This document shows, in pieces, positions 24,539 through 35,927 of a DNA stretch of 64,000 nucleotides. This stretch comes from Lama glama (lineage: Eukaryota), in NCBI GenBank assembly GCA_028534125.1, contig CM052817.1, forward strand, positions 10,480,001 to 10,544,000, given 5' to 3'. The position numbers and the translations under genes were made by a program. Each line of letters begins with the position of its first letter. Position 1 is the stretch's first letter. The notes below the pieces were generated by a model, which worked only from the letters and a program-made list of their open reading frames with translations, was not told the origin of the DNA and did not search any database.

Positions 24539-27500
24539 GTTAGCCCTCACCATACACTATATGGTTCCTTGAACGATTGTAAACTCTGCAAAGTCAGTGT
24601 CAGGGTCGATCTGGCCCATTGCTGTTTCCCTGACTCTGTAGGACAGTTTGTAACACATAATAGTTAATGGTCTATGAGTCTGTTGCATGAGCTTCTTTGA
24701 TTAGTCTAGTCCCCTCTCGCCAATCAGATGTGAGTTAAAGAGAAATCAGCAATCTTACTTTAAAAATGACAGTCATAAAAGACATATGGGATTATCTTTC
24801 ACTTATCCTACTAACTGCAAAATCAATTTGCTTTTTAAGTGAACAAAATAAACAGGCATATCTTGTGGACAACAGCTCAGATGCCACTTTAAAAACTGTT
24901 GGAGAAAATATTCACTGGTTTTTTTCTTGAATGGTAGCGGCTCCAACAATGCCAGTAAAAATCATTCTGAATTTGTGTATTCCTTTATTCATACAACAAG
25001 CCTTTTGATGGAGAACTTACTCTGTATTAAGCCCCGTATTAGGTCTTTAAGGTAGAAAGAACAAGCTTGTGGTTCTTGGCCTTAAGTCACTTAAGCTGTA
25101 GTGGGAGACGCAATTCCATGGACATCTGAAGTTTATGTTTGAATAGATAGAAGGAGGGGTCTTCTATAGGAGCTTAAAAGAAGTACCTAACTCAAACGTG
25201 GGAAAAATCAGGGGAGACTTCTTTGAGCTGTATTTAAAATGATGAGGAGATAGTTAGGTGAATAATTCGATTGAAAAAACTAAAATAAAATCTACAGCAA
25301 GTCTTCTCAGAGACATCGTGGCTGATGGGGTAACAAGGATCGCTCCATTAGGAAGCAGCTTGTTCTGGAAAGTTCGCTGCTGGGGCTCAGTGTTTGTTCC
25401 GCCTGCCTTTACTGGTCACGATTCTGTCTTTTCCATATCCCCCAGTCCTCTGGGGAAATGATTTTTTTTTTTACTTTGGCAAATAATCCAAGATGAGGCA
25501 AAGTCCGCAATACTTTTAGATAAAATATTCACAATTGCCATTTATTTGACCTCCATAATAAAATGAATAATAATCCTTTTGTATCTAATATAGGGGACAG
25601 TAGCTGCAAATGGAAGTCTAGGAGCTAATTTGATGAGATAAAATCTGATAATTCAAATTATCTCACAACTCAAAGGACAATGTTTTGGGTCACTTTATGT
25701 CACTGAGAATTTCACCTTAACATTTGTGACATATAACACGACTGCTATCCTTCTATTACATATATTTTGCTAAGTAACTGAACATAATAATAAAATAAAA
25801 TTCTAATTTTGTGTGCTAACCATTTAGAGAAAGGAAAAACCCCTATAATTAAAATATTATACAAAATGACCAATGGACGCAGGGGTAATGTAAAATAAAT
25901 CTCAGAATTTAATAAGCTTTTTAATCATCACTAGTTAAGACAATTGGTTGGGCTTGTTATTTTCAGTAGCAAGATCAAATCATTTCACGTGATAATTTCG
26001 AGGGTTAATTGTCTCAGTTTATTCAATGCAATCTTCTCCACCAGCTTTATTTTTATCTGCCAGTACACCAATATGCCGTAATTAGCATAAATTAAACTAA
26101 ATGAATTCTGTGGGTTACTGTATTATTTTACACCAGTCTTTTTCATTTTCCTCTCCAAACATTTAAAGGTTAGGGATGGGTGAATGGTTGGATGGCAAAT
26201 TCCAACATCCAGCTGCTCAGCTTCAGCTCAAAAAAAAAAAAAAAAAGCTTAAAAACTGAGTGATTGATTTTCAGAAATCTTGGGTAGAAAAACACATCGT
26301 GAAAAATGTCATCATGCAAGATGTTGTATCATTATACACTGACCTTCATCAAGGCCCACATGACTCACGGCTGGAAAGCAAGGAACTTGACGTGCGAACT
26401 TAGCCAATGCAGAATGAGAAAGATTCAAGTGTGCGTCTCAAATGAGCGATTTCCCGTGGTCAGACTGACACACAGTGACCTTGGACAGCTGTGAGGACAT
26501 TTGTGCTTAACAAAGTGAGTTTTATCTAATTTAGAAACTCAGTTCCTTTAACCTTGCATCATTGGTGGTAACATCTTTCACTGAGAAACTCAGCACAGGA
26601 CCTCTGGACTTACATTCCACTTTAAAGTCTCAGGATGGTTAGTCCACCCCTAGACCTACTTCCTACCAACCTTATCGCCCTCCAGGACCACACTACTCAG
26701 CCTCCTCTCCACTTACATCACCCCGCCCACGCTTCCTATCACAGACCCACCTGCTCTTCTTCCTCACTATCTCCCTCTTGTGGGAATTCACCTACCGTTA
26801 ACTACCTACCATTTTTTTTTCTCTGTAAATGTGACCCTAGAGAAACTCTCTCTTTTCTCAGTCAGCAGCACTTATTGTGCATCTATTATGTGCCCGACTT
26901 TGGGCCTGGTGCTGGGGATGGATGGATCCATTCTTGGAACAGGTAGAAATGATCTTTACCTCACAAAGATTAGAGTCAACAGAAAAGACAGTAATTAGAA
27001 CAAAGCCATAGACTTCCGACATCTGGGAGAGTACAGGACCTGTAAGAATAGGGGAGGACCTCTTCTCCATCCTCAAGTTTCCTGTGTTCTCTCTGGAAGC
27101 TACCTCTGTTTACCACACCTGCTTTTCTCCTGTACGGGAGGGTGAGACAGGCATTATCTTGGTCTCCATGGGAAGGCAAAAAGCGACAACAACAATGTGT
27201 TGCTCACTTTCCAGATCCTCACTCTGCAAGCCACCTCCTCCTGCCCTGGTGCCTGGAACACATTGGAGGTAAGAGCTGACCAATTCCTTCTTTGCTCCTA
27301 AGCCATGGGTGGATTCAACTGCAGCTCTTTCTGGTACCATATGCTCAGGGTCCAGGCCCTGGTACGGGAAGGCTTTCCATGATAATTAAGCTATCTATTC
27401 AATCCATCACTGAATTCTCATTTATTTTCCCAGTGCCTCATTCATAATAGATGCCCAGTAAATATTTCTTGAATAAGTTCAATGAATAAACATGTGTTCA

Positions 27501-27872
27501 ATTAATAAACTCTTCCTAAAATTATGATATATTCCAATATGGTGGATAATGTTTGAGTAGAAAGTTGTGGCCACACAAAATTATTTTGCAGCGTATAACA
27601 ACATAAAGAAGTTCAAAATTATCATCAGTCTGTTTCAAGGCCTCAGTCTATCATTTGTGAACCAACTAACCATCACAAAGGAGCCTCAAATCCCAAACAC
27701 CTGAGTTAAAAAGCCAGTTCCCTGAGCATATGGGGGTCTATCTTATCCAATACTGAGTCTCTATTACATAGTACACAGTTTAGCACAAAAAAGGTGCTCA
27801 TAATATTTGTTGAACACATTAAATAAATAAGCTAAAATAAACTTTTGACTCCTAAGACATTTTTATGTTAAA

Positions 27873-28175
27873 GCTAGTCTGCAGAAGTGTTTTGTTTGAT
27901 CTGCACTTTTGTTTTTCTAAATTTTGAATTGTTTACCAACATAAAGAATTTTAATGAGAAAACATTTGACATTTTAAATTTGACCTTCATATTTTTTAGA
28001 AATAGTTGAGGATCTAGAAATAATGTAAATGGGAATAAGGCCAGCAGGAATTCCTTTAGAGCTTTGGTGGGCTCTCTTGTTTGAATGGGGTGTCAACTCT
28101 CCATCTCAGCACAGTCCCCACCTGGCTGGTTTCATGCACCCATACACCCCAGTGTATTTGGTTTTGTGACCCTGA
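27873..28175. mobile_element. MER102-like hAT-Charlie element
   Basis: gtgttttgtttgatctgcac...attttgaatt...cagcacagtccccacc...atttggttttgtgaccctg. Confidence 0.55.
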
Positions 28176-29884
28176 TCTAATCAAGCATGTTAAGGGAGAA
28201 GCAAGAGAGATTATATGAGATTTGAGGGCCCTAAGGCTCTCTTAAATTCTTAATAATTTGTAGTTTAAATCTTTTGCCTATTTTTTAAACAGAGTATTTT
28301 AAGTGAAGAGTGATGGGATGGGAAGAAAAACCACTTTAAAAAATATTTCTGCCTTTACAAATAAAACCAAAATACACCCAAACCAGCCAAATGAACTGAA
28401 AACAACAGGGTGGGGTTGTTTAACTTGCTCTCCACATGCTCTCTGTTGGCCTGTGAGAGAGAAAAGGGATGACCACAGCCCCACACAGCCTAGAAAATGC
28501 TAGAAGAGTGCCTTGTTTGACAGTAAGATCAACTGACACCTTTAAAAAGTGCAGTGGTTTCACTCAAAGTCTGGCGTCTGACAGTCAAATTATCCTTCCT
28601 CGGGTCAGCCTTGTCAGTAACATAATGAAGTGAAAATTATTGAGAGTCTGTGGAGAATCTAGGCTTCCTGAGATGTCTGGCGTCATTTACGTGTGGGTAG
28701 AACCCTAGAAGGTGACATGGAAGATAAATAACAGCTATCCAGATGGAATAAAATAGACACCGAAAGGAGAAATCAAGCTTAGAAAGCTATTCCCTGGTAG
28801 CTGACAGGAGGGTTTTCCTGAGGACTCTATTTAAGAAAATATGGGGAAAAACGTGTCTCCAAGGATATATATTGGATTTGTACTGGGACATAAGACTCAG
28901 CAACCTATCCTTAAGCAATATTCAAACTGAACTTTATCATTATGCCACAAATTGTTCTTGTTTAATGTTTTCCCTCTTCTCGTTTCTCACCCACTGTTTA
29001 TTGGCCCAGAGCCATCTCAAAATATTATGTTGAGTCAACAAGGAAAGATGCAATGTTGAGGGTGGAGAGTGATGGGCTCAAGAAAGGGCCAAAGGCTTCT
29101 GGCTCTGCCCGTATTGCCTAAGGCTGGAAAATAATTTTACTGCAAACTTTCCAGACTCCAGGACTCTTATGAAGTATCCTTGGCTAAGTAGGCTTTTTCT
29201 GAAAAGCTTTAAAAAGAAAAAAACTTCAGAATATACATTTACCCATGCATTCCTTCAACAGTGTTATTTGGTATCAGGCACCATAAAGACCAATACTGAA
29301 GATCTGACAATCTAGAAGGAGGTATATACATGTAAGTCAATAATTACAAAGTAATAGGATAAAGGTTATGGTAGAAGTACTTCTAGGGCACCTAAAGTAC
29401 ATGGCAACAGGGGAAGATCTGGTCAGGGAAAAACTCCTGGTAATAGTTAATGAGTTAAATAAGAAAGGCATAATGGTGCCCAGGCAATGACCACCAGTAT
29501 TCCTGGCTTGTTCGTTTCATATAACGGATATCTATTTTGCCAGCCACTGGGCTCACCAGTGTGCTGGCCTCCGGTGCTTGAAGGTGTTAAAAACAAATGG
29601 CTTCCCTGGGTAATTTAAAGAGCCCAGTCATGCTGAAATGAAGAAGTGTGAGTGAGGGTGGGAGGAGACAAAGATGAACAGAGGCAGGGGGAACATTGCC
29701 TTAATAAATAACTTTTTATTAAGGGTGGGGCAAATGAAATGCTCTACACAGAGATGTCAAGCCAGATCTGGCTTTTAGAAAGAACTCTCTGAGTGTTGTA
29801 CAGAGAATAGACTGCAAAAGGCAAAGAGTGGGGGCAGGAGACCAATCAAGAGAATAGCCTAGAATTCAGGTAAGAACAGAAAAG

Positions 29885-31435
29885 GACCTGGTTTCAAAAA
29901 TTAATACAAAGCTACAGTAACAAAAACAGTATGGTTTCAGGGGAGGATGTAGCTCAGTGGTAGAGCACATGCTTAGCATGCACGAGGTCCTGGGTTCAGT
30001 CCCCAGTACCTCCTTTAAAATAAAACAAACAAATAAATAAAATAAACCTAATGACCTCCCCCACCAAAAAAACAAACAAAAACTTTTTTTAAAAGACAGT
30101 ATGGTTTCAACATAAGCATAGACATATAGATCAATGGACTAAAATTGAAATAAGTCTTTACATTTACTGTCAATAGATTTTAAATGAAGATTTCAAGACA
30201 ATTCAATAGGAAAAGAAAGTCTTTTCAACAAATGGTGCTGGGGAAACTGGATATCCACACACACAATAATGAATTTGAACACTTATATCAGACCAAACAC
30301 AACAATGAGCTCAAAATGAATCATAGACCTAAATATAAAGGCTAAAATAATGCAACTTTTAGAAGGTAACACAGACTGTGGGTTAAGTAAAGATTTCTTA
30401 GATATGACAGTCCATAAAAGAAAAAGTCATCAATAATTTACAGCTCATCAAGATTAAAAATTTGGGGGCTTCAAAAGACAGCATTGAAAATGTTAAAAGG
30501 CAATCCACAGGCACAGAGAAAATGTTTTAAAATCATATGCCCAATAAAGGACATATAGTCCGAATATATAAATAACTCTTACAACTCAACAATAAAAAGA
30601 GTAATAACACAATTTGAAAATAGTCACAAGGTTGGGTACACACTTCTCCAAAGGAGATATGTGAATAGCCAATAAGCACATGAAAAATAATGCTCAACAC
30701 CATTAGTCACCAGGGAAATACAAATCATACCCACCAGGGTGACAGTAGTCAAAAAGAAACACAAATGTTGAAAAGAATATGGAGAAATGCGAACCCTTGC
30801 ATTTTGCTAGTGGAAATAAAAAATGGTGCAGTCACTTTGGATAACAGTTGGGCAGTTTCCCAAAATGTTAAATATAAAATTACCATATGACCCAGCAATT
30901 CTAGTCTTAAGCAGCTTATTAAAGAAAAATATTTTTACATAAAGACTTCTACACAAATTGTCAGAACAGCATTAGTTATAATAGTCAAAAAGCAGAAATG
31001 ATCCAAACGTCCATAACTGGTGAATGAATAAACAAATCATGGTATATAGCCAAACAATAGACTCACACCAGGGAATAGAAAGGAGTGAAGTACTGACAGA
31101 ATCTACAAGGTAAATGCACCTCAAAAAATATTATGCTAAGAAGCCAGACACAAAAGACCACATATTGTATGATTCCATTCAAAGAAAATGTCCAGAAAAA
31201 AATTAATCCATAAAGACAGAAAGTAGATTAGTGGTTGCCTGGGGCTCGAGATAGCAAAGGGGAGCGTACCAATGGGCATTAGCGGTCTTACCTGGGGTGA
31301 TGAAAATGTTCTACCACTGGATTGTGATGCTCGCTACACAACTCTGTAAGCATAATTTTTGAAATATTGAATTGTATACTTACGATAGGTGAATTTTATG
31401 GTACACATAAAATAAATAGTAAAGCCACTTAAAAA
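29885..31435 (+). mobile_element. Old LINE-1 (L1MB-like) ORF2 3' part plus 3' UTR, interrupted by a SINE
   Basis: tacaaagctacagtaa...cttttcaacaaatggtgctgggga...taccatatgacccagcaattc...agccagacacaaaagaccacatattgtatgattccatt...ggggtgatgaaaatgttct. Many stops and frameshifts. Confidence 0.9.
29940..30091 (+). mobile_element. tRNA-derived SINE of camelid type (Vic-1-like)
   Basis: Pol III A box tagctcagtgg, B box ggttcagtccc, A-rich tail, and TSD acagtatggtttca at 29926-29939 and 30096-30109. Confidence 0.88.
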
Positions 31436-31589
31436 ACACAGATAAGGCGTGGAAGGATGTACTGCAAACCAACAATAAAAAAAAATAGCATCAGCAGAAC
31501 TTGAACTTGGGAACCAAAAGGATATGAGAGTGGGTGGCAAAAAAATTTCTAAGATTAAAAACAAGGATGATACCAATGGCTAATTTTAA

Positions 31590-31790
31590 CTGAACAACTA
31601 TTATGTGCCAGACACTGTTATGTGTCTAATGTGAATCACTGTAAAGTTTTCAGAGAAACCTTACCGGGTTGGGACTTTTATCATCCATGTTTTATATATG
31701 AGAAAACCCTGCCAAGGAACAGAGAGGCTAAGAAATTTTCTGCAGGCCACACAGTTAGTAAGTGGTGATCTGGAGAAGCTATTTGTGGAA
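31590..31790 (-). mobile_element. MIR SINE
   Basis: ctgaacaactattatgtgccagacactgt...cagagaggctaagaaattttctgcaggccacacagttagtaagtgg. Confidence 0.75.
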
Positions 31791-32782
31791 CTAACAGGAC
31801 AAGAGGAAGGGTCAGTTTCACAGGCTGCCCTGGGAATTCATTATAATTCTCGATGGTCCTCTGCTTCCTGACATCCACACAGCGATCTTGAGCCACGTGG
31901 CAGAGAACAGCCACATCTCTTCTTCTCTAGCTGTGGATTCTGGTCACAGCCAGCTGATCCCAGCTTTGCCATCGCCTTCTGTAGGGATGTCTATTTATAG
32001 ATTGATGACTTCTGTCTGAGATCATCAGAATGCCCAACGGTAGGTCAAGGGCAATAGCCAGAGAGAAATTAAGAGCAGTTAGGGCTCACTCACTAGTGAG
32101 AAGATATTTAGCAGGCAATTAACAGCTTCCTTCTGACAAGCAGTGAGAAATAGCCACAGAAAAGTCACAGGGTGGAAAACTGCTTCCTCTGGGCAGGAAT
32201 CAGAAAGCCGTCTAATATCTGTTTCATGCGAAGAAGTTTCGTCTTGAGAAACTGGTTTTTCTTTGATCACTGTTCAAACTTGGGTACTGTGCTGTTGGAA
32301 GATGACATTGGAAAGGAATAAACACATGCTTGTCGTGTTTCTTCAGCAGGAATTTTCCTTGTTCAAGGAACAAATAAGCGAGCACTGCATCCCCGCTCAC
32401 CGCAGGCAGGTGTGAGACAGCCGCGCAGCGGGGCTCTGCTATGCTGACCGGGCGCACCTCTCCCAGCGAGAGCGGCGTGGTGTGGGCAGCACCCAGAAGA
32501 GACCAGCTGACTCCCCAGAGGCCTTCTATCCCCTTTGGGCCCTTCTACTGCTGGGTCATCTTGCTGTGTGCCTTTGGGCGAGCCCTACCACCTCCCTGGG
32601 CAGAACATGAGAAGACTGGAGTGGATGGGCAGCAAGGTCTCTTCCAGCTTGAAAGCTCTTCCCCTATTTTAGTCCGTGAAACCATCCAGCCTATTAACTG
32701 GGGAGTCTACTACGTGCTGTAGAGAAGGCAAAAATTAATGTAAATTTAAAAATTAATAAAATTTCCCCTTATTATTAGAACA

Positions 32783-33261
32783 GCATATTGGTTTCTGTGG
32801 CTGCTGTAACATACTACCACCAACTGGGTGATTTGAAATGAAATGAATTTATTCACTCACAGTTGTAGAGGCCAGAAATCCAAAACCATGACTTTGTCAG
32901 TGTTGGTTCCTTCTGGAGACTCTGGGAACTAATCCATTCCATGCCTTTCTCCTAGTTTCTGGAGGCTGCTGGCAATCCTTGGTGCTCCTTGGCTTATAAA
33001 CACATCACTTGAACCTCTACCTCTGTCTTCACGTGGTTTTCCCATTGTCTTCCACTCTGCCTCAAATCTCCTTCTCCTTTCTCTTAGAGGAACATCAGTC
33101 ATTGGATTTAGGACCCATCCTAAATCTAGAAAGAGTCCTTCTTGAGATCTTTAATTTAATGACATCAGCAAAGACCTTATTTCCAAATAAAATCGCATGC
33201 AGAGTTCTAGGGGTTAGAACTTGGGTATATCTTTTGGAGGGACAGAATCCACCTGCTAACA
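32783..33261 (-). mobile_element. MaLR solo LTR, MLT1C-like
   Basis: ggctgctgtaacatactaccaccaactgggtg...tggttccttctggagactct...ctggcaatccttggtgctccttggctt...gtcattggatttaggaccca...gcaaagaccttatttccaaataa. Confidence 0.9.
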
Positions 33262-33410
33262 TTTAGTGAGATTTAATATCTACGTTGTGTGTCTCTAAGA
33301 GCTTCAGATGTATTATCATATTTAACTCATGCAACAAAACTATGTGGTAAAAACTCGTACACATCTTATGAGGAAACCAATACATTGACTAATGGGCCCA
33401 TCTTACTCAG

Positions 33411-33916
33411 TGAGGGGGAGCAGAATACACCACCCCAAAATCTGTCACTTTGGCATGTGGACTGTTTTGACCTAGAGGGAATTAACACCTCACAGACTCA
33501 GGAAAAATTTGTTTTTGTTTTTGTTTTTTTTAACTGCTGCCTTAACTACCTAAAAGAATTAAGATAGAGGGCCTGTACCAGGAAGAGAGCTAATACCAAA
33601 GATAAATTTTTATATCAGAAAGACTTATCTGCATGACATGGAAACCACTGGTTAAGCAAACACCTCTTCTCATCTTCCTGTGATTTCTCTTCCCCAGACT
33701 CCTGAGTCCCCAGACTCCTACCCGCCTCTCCTTAGCTCAGTATGATATATAAGCCTCAATCTCCTAACTGCTGGGAGCCGCTCATGTCTTTGTGGGACTC
33801 CTGTATGTAACAAATTAAATTTATTTTTCTCCTGTTAAATTGCCTTATGTCAACTGAGTTATTAGACCAGCCAAAGAACCTAGAAGGATAGAAAGAAAAA
33901 GTTTTCCTCATCTACA
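33411..33916 (+). mobile_element. ERV1 solo LTR, MER34-like, inserted into a MIR
   Basis: TG...CA termini with a 4-bp TSD TCAG (33407-33410 and 33917-33920). Contains the MER34-type start cagaatacaccaccccaaaatctgtcactttggcat, a TATA-like tatataa and an ATTAAA signal. Confidence 0.88.
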
Positions 33917-34208
33917 TCAGCTAGGAAGCCAGGCAGGCAGAATGTTTCTAGAGAACACATTTGTACAAGGACTCCATAGTGCCTCCCATTTAGGCAAAAC
34001 CAGTCAAAGTGCCAGCTTCATGCAGATTATAGGTGACATCAGGTTTCACTCATTCATTCATTCACTCATTGACTCACAAATGACACAGTAGGCACTCAAA
34101 ACAAAGTTACTGATTAAATAAATGCTTGCAATTCCACAAGCTTTGTAATAGACCCTGGGATACAGATATCAACAAGATTGTAATAGGACCTGGCCAAAAT
34201 CAGCCCTC

Positions 34209-34660
34209 CAGCCATAAAAAAAGAATGAAATCTTGCCATTTGCAGCAACACGGATGGATGTGTAGTGCGTTATGCTAAATTTGAAATACGTCAGATTAAG
34301 ACAAATACTGTATGATAGATATACTTGTATGTGGAATCTAAAAAATACAACAAACTAGTTAGTATAACGAAAAAGAAGCAAACTCACAGAGATAGAAAAC
34401 AAACTGTGGTCACCAGTGGGGAGAGGGAAGGGGACAGAAGCAATATAGGGGTAGAGGAGTAAGAGGCATAAATGATTAGGTATAAAATAAGCTACAAGGA
34501 TGTATTGTACAACAAGAGGAATGTAGCCAATATTTTATAATAACTATAAGTGGAGTATTACCTTTAAAAATTGTGACTCTGTATATTGTACACCTGTAAC
34601 ATATAATATTGTACAGCAATTAAACTTCAATAAAAATTAAATTAAAAAAGAGAAAAAAAA
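34209..34660 (+). mobile_element. 5'-truncated LINE-1 3' end
   Basis: cagccataaaaaaagaatgaaatcttgccatttgcagcaaca...aataaa plus A tail. Collinear with 4333-4825. Confidence 0.92.
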
Positions 34661-35053
34661 GTAATGGCTCTTTCCTAGCTAGGCCTAATTTGGGGTTGGA
34701 TTAAAACTAGCAATAAGGCAAAAATTCAAGATTTCAAGAGCCAGAGATATGTGGCCAGACAGAGGGTGTTCTCCTGCCCATTCTTTGTTCTCTTAACAAA
34801 ATGACGTCAGTATCAAAGAACATCATCTGACTGTTGCTTCTTAACCCACAGGTTTGTGAAGTCTCTCTTTCTTTTATTCACAGTCTTTTGCTCTCTTTCT
34901 CTCTCATATTAGGAAGATGTCCTCAACTTTATTTTCTCTGTGGGATGGCAGCAATGACCAAGTTTCACAAGCAGGAGTTTGCCACAAAGAACATAGGGGC
35001 ATGGCAATGGGTTGGGGGTTGTTTTAGACCTGTTGGTAACTTCTTGTGGGTAT

Positions 35054-35716
35054 TAAGACAGGAGGGAAGGGGACAGGGCACAGCCATTATAGGGATGGCA
35101 AAGCCATTATAGGAATGACACAGCAATTAGCATCAAGATGGTGGAAGTCAATTCCCAGTAGATCCTGAGGCCCCAGATGGTAGGAGATTTGACTTCCAGT
35201 AGATCTTGAGCTTCATTATACATTCATTGTAATATAATAGCATGCCAAATGGCACTCCCACAGGCACCATGACAGTTCTGAGGCTGACCTTGAAAGGTCA
35301 AAAAGTGGGCAGTGGCCCAGTTCCTGGGAATCCCAACCTCTTCCCAATCCTCTTCCCAATACTTGTTAGCATATGAAGTTGCCAAGCCCATAAAAACTAG
35401 TAACAAAGCACCTTGCAGCCTCCTGCTCCCTTGCCTTTGGAGATGGACCACACCTGGTCTTTGCAATGTGTATCTACTTTCACGTTAGGCTAAACAGCCA
35501 CTCCTGCGCCTCATGGACTTTCCGGCCTTCTGAGACGGCCTACACTTGATCTATGGAGCATGCATCTTTCTGAATAAATCTGCCTTTGCTCAGCTATGTC
35601 TTGTTCATGAATTCTTACCTGCAGGAAGCCATGGAACCTCACTTGGGGTGCATCATAGGGACTCATCTGGGACCTGGGACATGGCCATCCTCTCTCACCC
35701 CATTTTTCCTGTATCA
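35054..35716 (+). mobile_element. ERV1 solo LTR, MER41-like (second copy)
   Basis: Collinear with 11033-11675 and ends cctgtatca. 4-bp TSD GTAT (35050-35053 and 35717-35720). The 5' TG is mutated to TA. Confidence 0.9.
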
Positions 35717-35799
35717 GTATGACATCCAGTTATAACTCCCTTCATTCATGGAAGGCAGAGTTAATGGCTGGGTCCTTTTAATTTCTTAGGTGTTACATT

Positions 35800-35927
35800 T
35801 GAAGGGTAATAGAACATGCCACCCCAAAATCTGCCACTTACACAGAAGGACTACTTCAAGCTGAAGGCAAGTGAGAAGAAGCAGACCTAAGCACAGTTCT
35901 CTGCCCTTCCCCATTTGCCTAAAACTA
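35800..35927 (+). mobile_element. 5' fragment of a MER34-like LTR
   Basis: agaacatgccaccccaaaatctgccactt...agctgaaggcaagtgagaagaagcagac is homologous to the start of the 33411 LTR. Confidence 0.7.

Noticed and set aside
29940..30012. tRNA gene (Ala-like)
   Set aside because: It has an A-rich tail and TSD and no proper acceptor stem or immediate terminator, so it is a SINE head rather than a tRNA gene.
11033..35716. A single 24-kb provirus bounded by the two MER41-like LTRs
   Set aside because: Each LTR has its own distinct TSD. There is no PBS, PPT or gag/pol/env between them, and the interval is ordinary old genomic DNA.
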